From an uncultured Acidimicrobiia bacterium (lineage in GTDB: Bacteria > Actinomycetota > Acidimicrobiia > Spongiisociales > UBA5794): DNA of 64,000 bases. Positions 1 to 9,376 of the stretch are shown here, in pieces. The stretch lies in contig CAWEUW010000009.1 in NCBI GenBank assembly GCA_963812375.1, positions 386,240 to 450,239 of the forward strand. The letters are read 5' to 3'. The notes under the pieces are model-generated. The model made no database searches and had not been told where the DNA came from. It was given only the letters and a program-made list of their open reading frames with translations. Numbering within the stretch: the stretch's first letter is position 1; each line of letters starts with the position of its first letter. The position numbers and the translations under genes were made by a program.

Positions 1-72
1 TACCTCGGCGACCCGGAGGCGGTCGAGGCGGCCGTCGCCGCTGTCGCCCGCCAGGCCTCGTCGGCGCCCTGA
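1..72 (+). CDS. 3' end of a gene cut by the window edge; product not identifiable
   Basis: Open frame from base 1 to TGA 70-72 (...YLGDPEAVEAAVAAVARQASSAP*). Its position just upstream of secG would fit tpiA of the actinobacterial gap-pgk-tpiA-secG cluster. The 23 residues are not diagnostic. Confidence 0.3.
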   Translation, partial: YLGDPEAVEAAVAAVARQASSAP

Positions 73-175
73 GCTCACCGCGACGACCCTCTGGAAGGTT
101 CTGGCGCGGACTTGCTTAGGCGCGCCGGGGCGGCGATACTTTACCCACAGGACCGCTCCTCGCAAGAGGGCGGCC

Positions 176-424
176 TTGGAGAAAGGGCACTCCTTGCTGG
201 CCGGAATCGTTGCGGCGTTGCATGCGGTCGTCTCCTTGGCTCTGATCTTCCTCATCCTGCTTCATGCCGGACGTGGTGGCGGGGTCTCCGACATGTTCGG
301 TGGGGGGATGAGTGGCAGCTATTCGGGATCGACGGTGGTCGAGCGAAACCTCGACCGCCTCACCGTGATCGTCGCCGTAGCCTTCGCCGTCACCACGTTC
401 ACGTTGACGTGGATGTGGCGTTGA
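176..424 (+). CDS. secG: preprotein translocase subunit SecG
   Basis: 82-aa ORF with two hydrophobic helices flanking the Gly-rich loop HAGRGGGVSDMFGGG typical of SecG. TTG start at 176, or an in-frame TTG at 194. Confidence 0.8.
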   Translation: MEKGHSLLAGIVAALHAVVSLALIFLILLHAGRGGGVSDMFGGGMSGSYSGSTVVERNLDRLTVIVAVAFAVTTFTLTWMWR

Positions 425-473
425 CGGCGATACAGCCCGTCGGGAGTGCTTCCGTTCATAAGGAGGCAACACC

Positions 474-2363
474 TTGACCTTGTGGCATAGCCGCAAGCTC
501 GCCTGGTCCGTGCTTCTCCTCGCTTTCGTGCTGATCGTCGCTGCCTGTGGTGGCGACGACGACACGGGCGACGAGGCCACGACCACGGCAGCAGACGCAG
601 GGGCGACAACCGCCGCCCCGTCCGACACGACCGGGGCACCGGGTACCACCACTGCAGCAGGCGACGACTATTGCGCCGACGGCGGAGAGGGCAACCTGGT
701 CTGGGCACACGAGCAGGAGCCGCCTGACCTGCACCTGGACGACCCGGCCAACAACTTGACCACCACCGCGTGGGCGCGCCAAGCGTTGCTCGACGGTCTG
801 TACGGCATCACCGCCGCCACCACCTTCTTCCCGGAGTTGCTGGCTGAGGAGGCCGTCATGACCGACAACGGTGACGGGACCTTCACCGGCGCCTTCGTGC
901 TGCGTGACGGCCTGGTGTGGTCCGATGGCGACGACCTGACCGCCGATGACGTGAAGTTCACCTTCGACGTCTTCATGGCGACCGGGCCGGACACAACGCC
1001 AGACGACCAGGACACCGACACCGACCCCGAGAACGACTTCATCTACCTGATCGGCGACCGGACCGGCTACGACACCATCACCGATTTCGAGGTGACGTCG
1101 CCGACCGAGTTCTCGATCACCTGGAGCGCGTTCTTCGGCGGTTGGAAGGCCCTGTTCTCCGAGGTCTACCCGAGCCATGTCTTCGATGCCGACCCGGCAA
1201 CTGCCGCGGCCGAGGTCAACGAAGCGCTGCGCGAGTGGACCCTGGCGAGCGGCGATGCCATCCCGTCCTCGGGCCCGATGGTGTTCGACAGCTGGGAGCG
1301 TGGCGTGGCCATCCACATGCTGCGCAACGACAACTACAACGGGTCGAACAGCCCGGATACCGTCAACAAGGGCATCGCCTGTGTTGCCGGCGTCGACATC
1401 CAGTACGTGACCGACACCGACGCCCAGGTCAACGCCCTGAAGTCGGGTCAGGCCCAAGTCATCTTCACCCAGCCGCAGCAGCAGTTCACCGAGTTGGCGG
1501 AAGACGCCAACTTCACGGTGGACCCGCTGGCGGGCCCGGTGTGGGAGCACTGGGGCTTCAACATCCTGAACGTCCACCTCGCCAAGGTGGAGGTGCGTGA
1601 GGCCCTGGCCCACGCCCTCAACAAGGCGCAGGTGGTGGAGACGCTGTACACGCCGCTGTTCGGCGACCTGCTGCCGACCGCCGGCCTGGGCAACGCCTTC
1701 TGGATGTCCAACCAGCCTGCGTACATCGACCATCAGGGCGAGGCCGGCTACGGCACCGGCGACGTCGAGGCCGCTCGGGCCCTGCTCGAGGGCGCCGGCT
1801 ACGTCGAAGGAGCCGACGGCATCTACGAGCACCCGACCGACGGGCGCCTGTCGCTGCGGGTCGGCACGACCGGTGGCAACCAGCTCCGCGAGCTGCAGCA
1901 GCAGCTCATCCAGGCGCAGATGGCGGAGGCCGGCATCGAGATCGTGATCGAGAACCTGCCGGGTGGGGAGTACTTCTCCATCCCGTTCGGTGGCGATCCG
2001 ACCGTGTGGGAGCTCACCCAGTTCGCCTGGGTGGGTGGCCCGTGGCCGGGGAGCGGATCGTTCTCGTTCCGCACCGACTCCGGCAACAACCCGTACGGGT
2101 ACGCCAGCCCCGGCTTCGACGCCAAGGCCGACGAGTGCGACCTCATCGTCGACGAGGCGGAGGCAGCCACCTGCTACAACGAGCTGGACGAGTACGTGAC
2201 GACGCTCGGTCCGGACGGCGATGGCCTCATCGTCCTTCCGCTGACCCAGAAGCCGTCGTTCTACGCCTACAGCAACACGGCCCTCACGGCCGGGGCGATC
2301 TCGCCGGACGCCAACAGCGCCGGCCCGCTCGTCAACGTGGTCGACTTCGTCCTCGCTCCCTGA
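474..2363 (+). CDS. ABC transporter substrate-binding lipoprotein, family 5 (OppA/DppA/NikA-like peptide binding)
   Basis: 629-aa ORF with AGGAGG at 461-466 upstream of TTG 474. Lipobox LLLAFVLIVAAC|GG followed by a low-complexity linker. Length and sequence are typical of family-5 SBPs, and cognate permease and ATPase genes follow. Confidence 0.9.
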   Translation: MTLWHSRKLAWSVLLLAFVLIVAACGGDDDTGDEATTTAADAGATTAAPSDTTGAPGTTTAAGDDYCADGGEGNLVWAHEQEPPDLHLDDPANNLTTTAWARQALLDGLYGITAATTFFPELLAEEAVMTDNGDGTFTGAFVLRDGLVWSDGDDLTADDVKFTFDVFMATGPDTTPDDQDTDTDPENDFIYLIGDRTGYDTITDFEVTSPTEFSITWSAFFGGWKALFSEVYPSHVFDADPATAAAEVNEALREWTLASGDAIPSSGPMVFDSWERGVAIHMLRNDNYNGSNSPDTVNKGIACVAGVDIQYVTDTDAQVNALKSGQAQVIFTQPQQQFTELAEDANFTVDPLAGPVWEHWGFNILNVHLAKVEVREALAHALNKAQVVETLYTPLFGDLLPTAGLGNAFWMSNQPAYIDHQGEAGYGTGDVEAARALLEGAGYVEGADGIYEHPTDGRLSLRVGTTGGNQLRELQQQLIQAQMAEAGIEIVIENLPGGEYFSIPFGGDPTVWELTQFAWVGGPWPGSGSFSFRTDSGNNPYGYASPGFDAKADECDLIVDEAEAATCYNELDEYVTTLGPDGDGLIVLPLTQKPSFYAYSNTALTAGAISPDANSAGPLVNVVDFVLAP

Positions 2364-2386
2364 ACCAGGGCGCGAACCGAAACGAC

Positions 2387-2418
2387 CGAGAGGGGGCCCG
2401 GCAACGGGCCCCCTCTCG
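2387..2418 (+). terminator. GC-rich hairpin downstream of the SBP gene (candidate intrinsic terminator)
   Basis: cgagagggggccc (2387-2399) / gggccccctctcg (2406-2418) form a 13-bp perfect stem with the 6-nt loop ggcaac. It is followed by cTGTTT, which is only a weak T tract. Confidence 0.5.
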
Positions 2419-2602
2419 CTGTTTCATGGCTCTTCGGCTGGCGCCTCATCGCGTTGCGATGGGGGACCCCCCAGCCCCCATCGCCGAGTCTCCGCCTGAC
2501 GGCGTAGCCTCTGTTTCATGGCTCTTCGCCTGGCGGCTCATCGCGTTGCGATGGGGGACCCCCCAGCCCCCATCGCCGAGTCTCCGCCTGACGGCGTAGC
2601 CT
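2419..2602. repeat. tandem duplication of a 92-bp structured intergenic unit (family 1)
   Basis: Units 2419-2510 and 2511-2602 are identical except for 2 positions (2437 G vs 2529 C; 2444 C vs 2536 G). Each unit contains the hairpin gcgatggggg-accccccag-cccccatcgc. Partial copies lie at 31134-31186 and 43690-43747. Confidence 0.9.
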
Positions 2603-2664
2603 CTTTCCCGTCGGGTTCGCCGGGGCCGGGCGGACGCCGGTCACCAGCAGAAGTCGGCCCGGGT

Positions 2665-2673
2665 TGGTATATT
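2665..2673 (+). promoter_or_regulatory. candidate extended -10 promoter element (TGgTATATT) for the permease/ATPase genes
   Basis: TG-n-TATATT at 2665-2673 is an AT-rich hexamer in a GC-rich intergenic region about 40 nt upstream of ATG 2713. No clear -35 element. Not tested. Confidence 0.25.
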
Positions 2674-2712
2674 CGGTGAGACGATGCCGCAACATCACTG
2701 AGGGGGCTGCTG

Positions 2713-3678
2713 ATGGTCGCCTACACGGTCCGCCGACTCTTCTCGTCGGTGATCCTCCTCTTCGTCGGCACCGTCGTCGTCTTCTACCTGACGTCGATCT
2801 CTTCGGACCCCGAGCTGCTCCTCGCCACCTGCCCGCCGACCCGGTGCGGCGCCGAGTTCGAGCAGCGGATCACCGAGATGTACGAGCTCGACAAGACCAT
2901 CCCGGAGCGCTACATCGGCTGGCTGGGTGACGCCCTCCAGGGCGACCTGGGGACCTCGGTGCGCGATGGGTTCCGGCCGGTGACCGAGGTCCTCTCCGAG
3001 CGGTTACCGAAGACCATCATGCTGGCGACACCAGCCTTCATCCTCACCGCGTTGATCGCCGTCGCCCTCGGGGTCTACTCGGCGGTGAGGCAGTACTCGT
3101 TCGGTGACAACGCCCTCACCGCGTTCTCCTTCGTCGGTATCTCGATGCCGACCTTCTTCTTCGGGCTGCTGCTCCAGGTCTTCTGGGGGGTGTGGTGGCA
3201 GCAGTGGACGGGGAACACACCGTTCTATGTCACCGGGTACCACAATGCCAACTTCGTCGACCTGTTACGGTCGCTGACGCTCCCGGTCGTCACCCTGATG
3301 CTGGTGAGCGTCGCCGGGGAGAGCCGGTTCGGGAGGGCGTCGATGCTCGAGGTGATCAACTCCGAGTACACCCGCACCGCCCGGGCCAAGGGGGTACCCG
3401 AGCGGCGGGTCATCCTCCACCACGCCCTGCGCAACGCCCTCATCCCGCTGGTCACCATCTGGGCGCTCGACTTCGCCATCCTGCTGTCGGGGTCGGTGAT
3501 CACCGAGACCGTCTTCGCCTGGCCGGGCATCGGCAGCTACTTCCTCCAATCGCTACAGGGATTCGACCTCGACCCGGTCATGGCGATCATGGTGTTCACG
3601 GCGGTGATCACCATCCTGTTCAACCTGGCCGCCGACGTCATGTACGGAGTCCTCGACCCAAGGGTGCGCTATGACTGA
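2713..3678 (+). CDS. ABC transporter permease (DppB/OppB-like)
   Basis: 321-aa multi-TM ORF with GAGGGGG upstream of the ATG. N-terminus MVAYTVRRLFSSVILLFVGTVVVF and overall layout are typical of peptide/nickel permease subunit 1. It overlaps the next gene by 8 nt. Confidence 0.9.
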   Translation: MVAYTVRRLFSSVILLFVGTVVVFYLTSISSDPELLLATCPPTRCGAEFEQRITEMYELDKTIPERYIGWLGDALQGDLGTSVRDGFRPVTEVLSERLPKTIMLATPAFILTALIAVALGVYSAVRQYSFGDNALTAFSFVGISMPTFFFGLLLQVFWGVWWQQWTGNTPFYVTGYHNANFVDLLRSLTLPVVTLMLVSVAGESRFGRASMLEVINSEYTRTARAKGVPERRVILHHALRNALIPLVTIWALDFAILLSGSVITETVFAWPGIGSYFLQSLQGFDLDPVMAIMVFTAVITILFNLAADVMYGVLDPRVRYD

Positions 3679-4606
3679 CCTCGGTTCCCACGAGCAGGTG
3701 GAGATCGTCGCCGGGTTCGATCCGATCCTCGTCGAGGCCGAGGGGTTGGACGTCGAGGCGCGCAGCCTCGGCAAGCAGACCTGGGACCGGTTCAGGAAGC
3801 ACCCGGTGGCCGTGGTGTCGCTCATCCTCCTGGTCCTGCTCACCCTCGCCTTCTGGGTGGGGCCGTGGCTGTCGCCGTTCACCTACGACCAGGTGCTCGC
3901 CGGCCTACCAAACCAGGGCCCGTCGCTCACCCATCCGTTCGGCACCGACCAGATCGGGCGCGACCTCATGGTCCGGGTGTTCACCGGGGGCCAGATCTCG
4001 ATGACCATCGCCATCACCGTTGCGCTGCTCACCACGATCATCGGCACCATCATCGGAGCCATCGCCGGGTTCTTCGGCGGCTGGATCGACAACCTGCTGT
4101 CCTCGTTGACCAACCTGTTCCTCATCGTCCCCGGGCTGCTGGTGCTGTTGGTGGTGGCGGTGAAGTGGGGCGGCGGCGTCTACAGCACGGCGATCCTCCT
4201 CGCCCTCCTCTCGTGGCCGGTCATCGCCCGTGTCGTCCGCGGCCTGTTCATCCAGTTCAAGGAGCAGGAGTTCGTCCAAGCAGCGGTGGCCGCCGGGGCC
4301 AAGCCCGGGCGGATCATGTTCCGTCACATCATCCCCAACACGTTCGGCCCGATCATCGTCAATGCCACCCTGGCCGTGGGAGCGGCCATCGTCATCGAGT
4401 CGACCCTGTCGTTCCTCGGGCTCGGGGTGCGCCCCCCGATCCCCAGCCTCGGCAACATCATCCAGGACTACCGGGGCGCCATCGACTCCGACCCGACCAA
4501 GATCCTCATCCCCGGGTTCTTCGTGGTGATGATCACGCTGTGCACCAACTTCCTGGGTGACGCCATGCGGGACGCCCTCGACCCCACCGCCAGGAGGGGG
4601 CATTGA
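3671..4606 (+). CDS. ABC transporter permease (DppC/OppC-like)
   Basis: 311-aa multi-TM ORF with the N-terminal OppC-type extension and a conserved EAA-loop region (...FVQAAVAAGAKPGRIMFRHIIPN...). Its stop overlaps the next start (TTGA). Confidence 0.9.
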   Translation: MTDLGSHEQVEIVAGFDPILVEAEGLDVEARSLGKQTWDRFRKHPVAVVSLILLVLLTLAFWVGPWLSPFTYDQVLAGLPNQGPSLTHPFGTDQIGRDLMVRVFTGGQISMTIAITVALLTTIIGTIIGAIAGFFGGWIDNLLSSLTNLFLIVPGLLVLLVVAVKWGGGVYSTAILLALLSWPVIARVVRGLFIQFKEQEFVQAAVAAGAKPGRIMFRHIIPNTFGPIIVNATLAVGAAIVIESTLSFLGLGVRPPIPSLGNIIQDYRGAIDSDPTKILIPGFFVVMITLCTNFLGDAMRDALDPTARRGH

Positions 4607-5604
4607 CCGATCCGGTCCTGGCGGTCAGGGACCTGTCGGTTACCTTCCACGGTGACGAGGGCGACATCACCGCCGTCCGCGGTACCAGCTTCGACGTGCG
4701 TCCCGGCGAGGTGCTCGCCGTGGTGGGGGAGTCGGGCTCGGGGAAGTCGGTGACCTCGCTGGCCATCATGGGGCTGCTCCCCAAGTCCGCCGTCGTCACC
4801 GGGAGTGTCACGTTCGACGGAAAGGAGTTGATCGGCGCCGAGCCAAAGGATATGCGCAAGATCCGTGGCAAGGACATCGCCATGATCTTCCAGGACCCGA
4901 TGACGGCGATGAACCCGGTGTTCACCGTGGGCGACCAGATCGTCGAGGCGATCACCCTCCACAACGACGTCACCAAGAAGGAGGCGGTGGTCCGCGCCAC
5001 CGAGCTGCTCGCCCTGGTGGGGATCCCTGACCCGAAGAGGCGGATCAAGCTGTATCCCCACGAGTACTCGGGCGGGATGCGGCAGCGCGCCATGATCGCC
5101 ATGGCCATGGCCAACGAGCCCAAGCTGCTGATCGCCGACGAGCCGACCACCGCCCTCGACGTCACCATCCAGGCGCAGGTGCTCCAGGTGATCCGGAAGG
5201 CGCAGGCGGTCACCGGTGCCGCCATGGTGCTGATCACCCATGACCTCGGGGTGGTCGCCGGGCTGGCCGACCGGGTCAACGTGATGTACGCAGGCGCCGT
5301 CTTCGAGTCCGGCGGGATCGACGACATCTTCTACCGCACCGCCAACCCCTACACCCTCGGCCTGCTCGGCTCGGTCCCGATCCTCACTTCCCGCACCGCC
5401 GACAAGCTCACCCCGATCCCCGGCTCGCCGCCCAACCTCCTCCGGCTTCCCCAGGGGTGCCCGTTCCGTCCTCGGTGCGTGTTCGCCACCGACATCTGCC
5501 AGGAGTCGGAGCCCGAGCTGATCTCGGTCAACGGCGACCAGCACAGCTCGCGCTGCTACCACATCGACAAGGTCGAGAACGCCCGGGTGGGGAGCAGGGC
5601 ATGA
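4603..5604 (+). CDS. ABC transporter ATP-binding protein (DppD/OppD-like)
   Basis: Walker A GESGSGKS, signature YSGGMRQR and Walker [14 protein letters not shown]-terminal oligopeptide-transporter extension with CPFRPRC...C. Confidence 0.9.
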   Translation: MTDPVLAVRDLSVTFHGDEGDITAVRGTSFDVRPGEVLAVVGESGSGKSVTSLAIMGLLPKSAVVTGSVTFDGKELIGAEPKDMRKIRGKDIAMIFQDPMTAMNPVFTVGDQIVEAITLHNDVTKKEAVVRATELLALVGIPDPKRRIKLYPHEYSGGMRQRAMIAMAMANEPKLLIADEPTTALDVTIQAQVLQVIRKAQAVTGAAMVLITHDLGVVAGLADRVNVMYAGAVFESGGIDDIFYRTANPYTLGLLGSVPILTSRTADKLTPIPGSPPNLLRLPQGCPFRPRCVFATDICQESEPELISVNGDQHSSRCYHIDKVENARVGSRA

Positions 5605-6647
5605 CCGATCCCATCCTCGAGGTCGAGGACCTCAAGACCCACTTCCCCATCCGCCAGGGGATCCTCCGCCGCCAGACCGGCACGGTGCTCGCCGTCGACG
5701 GGGTCACTCTGTACGTCGACCCCCACGAGACCCTGGGCGTGGTCGGGGAGAGCGGGTGTGGCAAGACAACGTTGGGCCGGTCGATCCTGCGACTGATCGA
5801 GCCCACCTCGGGCACGGTGAGGTACAAGGGCGAAGACGTCACCGGCGCCGACAAGGACCGGATGCGGCAGCTCCGCAAGGAGATGCAGATCGTCTTCCAG
5901 GACCCGTACGCCTCGCTCAACCCGAGGATGCCGGTGCGGGACATCGTCGCCGAGCCGCTTCGCATCCACGGGATGGGCCGCAAGGAGGCGTACGACCGGG
6001 TCGGTGACCTGCTCGGCAAGGTGGGGCTGATGCCCGACCACGGCAACCGCTACCCGCACGAGTTCTCCGGCGGCCAGCGCCAGCGCATCGGCATCGCCCG
6101 GGCGCTGGTCCTCGACCCGAGCCTGATCATCCTCGACGAGCCTGTTTCAGCGCTCGACGTGTCCATCCAGGCACAGGTGATCAACCTGCTCGAGCAGATC
6201 CAGGACGAGTTCGGCCTCAGCTTCGTGTTCATCGCCCACGACCTCTCGGTGGTGCGCCACATCTCCGACCGGGTGGCGGTGATGTACCTCGGTCAAATCG
6301 TCGAGCTGGCCGACCGCAACGAGCTGTACGAGAAGCCGGCCCACCCCTACACGAGTTCGTTGCTCTCGGCGGTCCCGGTCGCCGACCCCAACTCCGAGCG
6401 GAACCGGAAGCGCATCCTCCTCGAAGGCGATCTCCCGTCGCCGGCCAACCCGCCGTCGGGATGCCGGTTCCACACCCGGTGCCCCATCGCCCAGGACATC
6501 TGCAAGGTCGAGGTCCCCCAGCTGTTCCCCGTTTACGAGAACCACTGGGTGGCGTGCCACTTCCCGTGCCCGCCCGACGACACCCTGGTGGGCCAGGTGC
6601 AGAAGCTGGGCCACGATCTGCGTCTTGTCGACGCCCGTGAGTCCTGA
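5601..6647 (+). CDS. ABC transporter ATP-binding protein (DppF/OppF-like)
   Basis: ATG 5601 overlaps the previous stop (ATGA). Walker A GESGCGKT, signature FSGGQRQR, Walker [13 protein letters not shown]-terminal CRFHTRCP motif. The longer ORF starting at 5457 is an upstream extension inside the previous gene. Confidence 0.9.
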   Translation: MTDPILEVEDLKTHFPIRQGILRRQTGTVLAVDGVTLYVDPHETLGVVGESGCGKTTLGRSILRLIEPTSGTVRYKGEDVTGADKDRMRQLRKEMQIVFQDPYASLNPRMPVRDIVAEPLRIHGMGRKEAYDRVGDLLGKVGLMPDHGNRYPHEFSGGQRQRIGIARALVLDPSLIILDEPVSALDVSIQAQVINLLEQIQDEFGLSFVFIAHDLSVVRHISDRVAVMYLGQIVELADRNELYEKPAHPYTSSLLSAVPVADPNSERNRKRILLEGDLPSPANPPSGCRFHTRCPIAQDICKVEVPQLFPVYENHWVACHFPCPPDDTLVGQVQKLGHDLRLVDARES

Positions 6648-7167
6648 GCCGGAACCGGTTCGCATCTACTCGTCGATGCGGGGCCTGGCCTCGGCCGGAT
6701 TGGCGCCCGTCCTCCTCGCGGCGGCGACGGTGCTCGGCTACACCCGGGCCTACCGGATGACACCGATCATCGCCGTGCTCGGTGTTCTCGCCGTTGTGCT
6801 CGCCGGGGCGGCGCTCTTCGACCTGCCCCGCCAGGCCGTCTTTGCCCCCGACGGGATCACCCGGGTCTGCGTCCTCCGCCGCCACATGATCCTTTGGGAT
6901 GACATCCTCGTGCTCCGCCGTGCCCGAGGCTCGATGTTCGCCAACCTGCGGAGCCGCAACCCGGAGCACATCGGAGTCGGGCCGCTGATCGCCAAAGTGG
7001 GGAGGCGCAACTACCTGTTGTGCAACCAGTCGGAGAGCCGCAAGGAGTACGACAGGATCAGGGAAGGCATGGCGGTGTGGGCGCCCGACCTCGTGATGGG
7101 CGCCGCCCGTCCCCCGGAGAAGGTGCCGCCGTCGGACCTGTACCGTCGGCGTCGCGCCGCCGCCTGA
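6625..7167 (+). CDS. hypothetical membrane protein, bacterial PH-domain-like
   Basis: 180-aa ORF with two N-terminal TM helices followed by a segment ([37 protein letters not shown]) resembling actinobacterial membrane PH-domain proteins. Start is uncertain (TTG 6625, GTG 6637 or ATG 6676). Confidence 0.45.
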   Translation: MSTPVSPEPEPVRIYSSMRGLASAGLAPVLLAAATVLGYTRAYRMTPIIAVLGVLAVVLAGAALFDLPRQAVFAPDGITRVCVLRRHMILWDDILVLRRARGSMFANLRSRNPEHIGVGPLIAKVGRRNYLLCNQSESRKEYDRIREGMAVWAPDLVMGAARPPEKVPPSDLYRRRRAAA

Positions 7168-7178
7168 CCGGAGGGAAC

Positions 7179-7613
7179 ATGTCCATCGACGATCTGCGGG
7201 CCCTGGTCGGGTCCACCATCGGGGTCGGGGAGTGGACGACGATCACCCAGGAGCGGATCGATGCCTTCGCCGACGCCACCGACGACCACCAGTGGATCCA
7301 CGTCGACGGCGGGAAGGCGGCGGCCGGCCCGTTCGGCTCCACCATCGCCCATGGGTTCCTCGTGCTGTCGTTGATCCCGGCCATCGCCCCACGGTTGGAC
7401 CTCCCGGCGCGGATGGCGGTCAACTACGGGCTCGACCGGGTGCGGTTCATCACCCCGGTGCCGAGCGGTTCGCGTGTCCGGGCGCATGCCGTGCTCGAGG
7501 AGGTCGCCGAGGTCGCCGGAGGGGTCCAGACCACCGCCGAGGTCACCATCGAGCTGGAAGGGAGTGAGCGCCCGGCGTGTGTCGCCACCTGCCTGGCCCG
7601 GTTCTACCTGTGA
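7179..7613 (+). CDS. MaoC-like (R)-specific enoyl-CoA hydratase/dehydratase
   Basis: 144-aa hot-dog-fold sequence (...DDHQWIHVDGGKAAAGPFGSTIAHGFL...). ATG 7179 is preceded by GGAGGGA. The 7020 ORF start lies inside the previous gene. Confidence 0.85.
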   Translation: MSIDDLRALVGSTIGVGEWTTITQERIDAFADATDDHQWIHVDGGKAAAGPFGSTIAHGFLVLSLIPAIAPRLDLPARMAVNYGLDRVRFITPVPSGSRVRAHAVLEEVAEVAGGVQTTAEVTIELEGSERPACVATCLARFYL

Positions 7614-7639
7614 CCGCCCCGGTATGATTCACCCATCAC

Positions 7640-7724
7640 GTCGGAGTGGCGGAATTGGTAGACGCGCCAGGTTGAGGGCCTGGTGAGCGAATAGCTCGTG
7701 GAGGTTCGAGTCCTCTCTCCGACA
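7640..7724 (+). tRNA. tRNA-Leu, anticodon GAG
   Basis: Hand-folded cloverleaf. Acceptor GTCGGAG/CTCCGAC, 3-bp D stem GCG/CGC with GAATTGGTAGA loop, anticodon stem CCAGG/CCTGG with loop TTGAGGG. Long variable arm (GAGC-GAATA-GCTC), T arm GGAGG-TTCGAGT-CCTCT, discriminator A. CCA is not encoded (CCT follows). Confidence 0.9.
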
Positions 7725-7729
7725 CCTTG
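7669..7729 (+). repeat. 61-bp direct repeat, copy 1 (attL-like; inside and just past tRNA-Leu)
   Basis: aggttgagggcctggtgagcgaatagctcgtggaggttcgagtcctctctccgacaccttg is repeated at 10044-10104. Confidence 0.85.
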
Positions 7730-7770
7730 AATCCGGCATTCGGTGTGGTCTGTCGATTCGCTGCCGCTCC

Positions 7771-8509
7771 TCAGAGGGCTCGAACTTCGGCAAGCCGCTT
7801 GACTGCGTACTCGTCGTCCCAGCAGACGGCGGCTTCCCATGCGGCCGACGCTTGTGCGGCGATGTCGTGCGCGCGCGTCGAGCCCGGCGGCGTTGTGCGG
7901 CAGCACCAGGTCGAAGTCGGGGACGTCGACGTGCGACTCGTCCCAGTCGACCAGCGCGACCCGATTCGCGGTGATGCGGACGTTGCCAGGGTTGTTGGGG
8001 TCGCCGTGGAGGACGCATGTCTGACGTCCGATGAGCCGCGCCCACGCTGCTCGGCATCGAGCAACGCCCTCAGGCGGCATCGCCCCGAGGTCGATCTTCG
8101 TCCCGGTCTCGGCGTGCAGCAGGTCGGTCGACGATCGCCAGCCTGGGCGCTGCGGCCAGCTCTGCGTCGACCGATGCAGCTGGCGGAGCGTGTCGGCCAC
8201 CCGACGCCAGTCGGCCTTCGTCTCCGGCGGTCTGCCCTCCATGTAGGTCATCACCACCAGACCGTCGGCGAACAGACGGCCGTCTGTCGTCGGGATCGGC
8301 ACCGGTACGGTCAAACCTTCACGGTCGAGGTGTTGGAGGAGCTCGGTCTCCCATGCGAGATCAGCGTCGCTCCTGGCACCGAGCCGACCGACCGCGAGGT
8401 GCCCGTTGACGCGCACGCTGCACACGTCGTTGGCGACTCCGCCAGCGAGCGGTTCGATGCGAGCGACGCCTTCACCCCACTGCCCGAGTGCTTCCCATCC
8501 CACGGCCAC
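7771..8509 (-). pseudogene. aminoglycoside/choline-kinase-type phosphotransferase (APH family), one frame break
   Basis: GTG start at 8509, Brenner motif HGDPNNPGN and VDWDES. The C-terminus (...HDIAAQASAAWEAAVCWDDEYAVKRLAEVRAL*) is in the frame of ORF 7771-8064, so a frame change near 7870 is required. The uninterrupted 301-aa ORF otherwise reads antisense through tRNA-Leu. Confidence 0.75.
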
Positions 8510-8553
8510 ATCTTCGCGGAGTTCCGAACATCGCGCGTGTGCGAGGCACGGTC

Positions 8554-8763
8554 ATGAAGCGCTCGTCGGCGAAGGTCGGGTCGAAGTCGGTGCCGGGGTG
8601 GTGGTGGGCGGTGACCTGGGACGACGTCGATGGGTGGCGGTGTCCATGCCTCGGGTTCGCCTATCGCCACCGGTGTTCGCATGTCGCCGCCGTGAGGGAG
8701 GTGGTGGAGCTGACGGTCAGGGAGCGGTCGGACGTGTCGGACCCGGTCCATAGGATCGGGTGA
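8554..8763 (+). CDS. small SWIM zinc-finger protein
   Basis: 69 aa from ATG 8554. It contains C-P-C-x8-C-S-H (WRCPCLGFAYRHRCSHV), the CxCxnCxH SWIM signature. No other domain is present. Confidence 0.5.
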   Translation: MKRSSAKVGSKSVPGWWWAVTWDDVDGWRCPCLGFAYRHRCSHVAAVREVVELTVRERSDVSDPVHRIG

Positions 8764-9088
8764 GGAAGAAGGAGGCGGAGATGACCTTGGAGACGACGAT
8801 CACGGAAGCAACGGACCAGGGTGGCGACGGCGAGCCCGGCCCCGAGCCCGACACCGAGCCCAGCTCAGATCACGGAGTCCACGACGAGGGCGTGGGCGGG
8901 TCGATGCAGCGGGAACGTACCGGCGAGTTGGGCTGGCGGGAGTAGGTTGCCCCCGACCGGCCGCCGGACGGCGACACCGGCAACGGCGCTCCGATGACTC
9001 CCCTGGCTCGGGGCGCCCGCCACGGCGCCGTCGCCCTGGGTGGCCAATGGCGTAAGAACCACCTGGGCGATCAACTTTCGCATCGTCA

Positions 9089-9376
9089 GTGTTCGCATCA
9101 TCGAAACCTCCCAGGCTGACCCTTTCACTCTCCCCGACCAACGCCACGGGGAAACAGACCCTGACGAGCGTTAGGCCATCCTGGCACGACTATGCAGAGC
9201 ACACCGGACGCAACCTCTCCGCCCTCGTGAGGACCGCCGTTGAATCCGAGATTGCCCGCGACCCGATCGGCACCAACCGGCCCTCCACCGACGTCGACCC
9301 GGACTGGTGGTCGGACGTGACCGGCTCCGAGCCCACCGTGTCCACCAGCTCCACCGAGGACCCTGAGAGCCCGTAA
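9089..9376 (+). CDS. hypothetical protein with possible ribbon-helix-helix (CopG-like) core
   Basis: The segment TLTSVRPSWHDYAEHTGRNLSALVRTAVESEIAR fits a strand-helix-helix pattern, and the acidic/Ser-Thr-rich tail follows. Start codon uncertain. Weak call. Confidence 0.3.
   Translation: MFASSKPPRLTLSLSPTNATGKQTLTSVRPSWHDYAEHTGRNLSALVRTAVESEIARDPIGTNRPSTDVDPDWWSDVTGSEPTVSTSSTEDPESP

Noticed and set aside
456-1832. 458-aa ORF antisense to the substrate-binding protein gene. There are many similar long antisense or out-of-frame ORFs, for example 31244-32995(-), 41475-43259(-), 52988-54490(-) and 15545-16666(-).
   Set aside because: These are typical stop-codon-poor shadow ORFs of very GC-rich DNA. 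Their products are Arg/Gly/Pro/Ala-rich low-complexity sequences with no motifs. The opposite or alternative frame encodes a clearly recognisable protein.
2426-2470. Conserved mini-ORF 'MALRL(A/T)PHR...' encoded by the family-1 repeat core (also at 43691).
   Set aside because: The 31134 copy lacks the ATG, and the tandem unit length (92) breaks the frame between units. The similarity is better explained at the nucleotide or structure level. It does, however, make the ATG 43691 start of the HD-protein ORF suspicious.
2456-2576. Possible 6C-type small RNA, because the two tandem units each present a hairpin loop containing six consecutive C residues.
   Set aside because: The hairpins are 92 nt apart rather than adjacent. 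The dispersed copies of the same module have non-C-rich loops. I cannot recall the 6C consensus well enough to claim a match. A covariance-model search would be needed.
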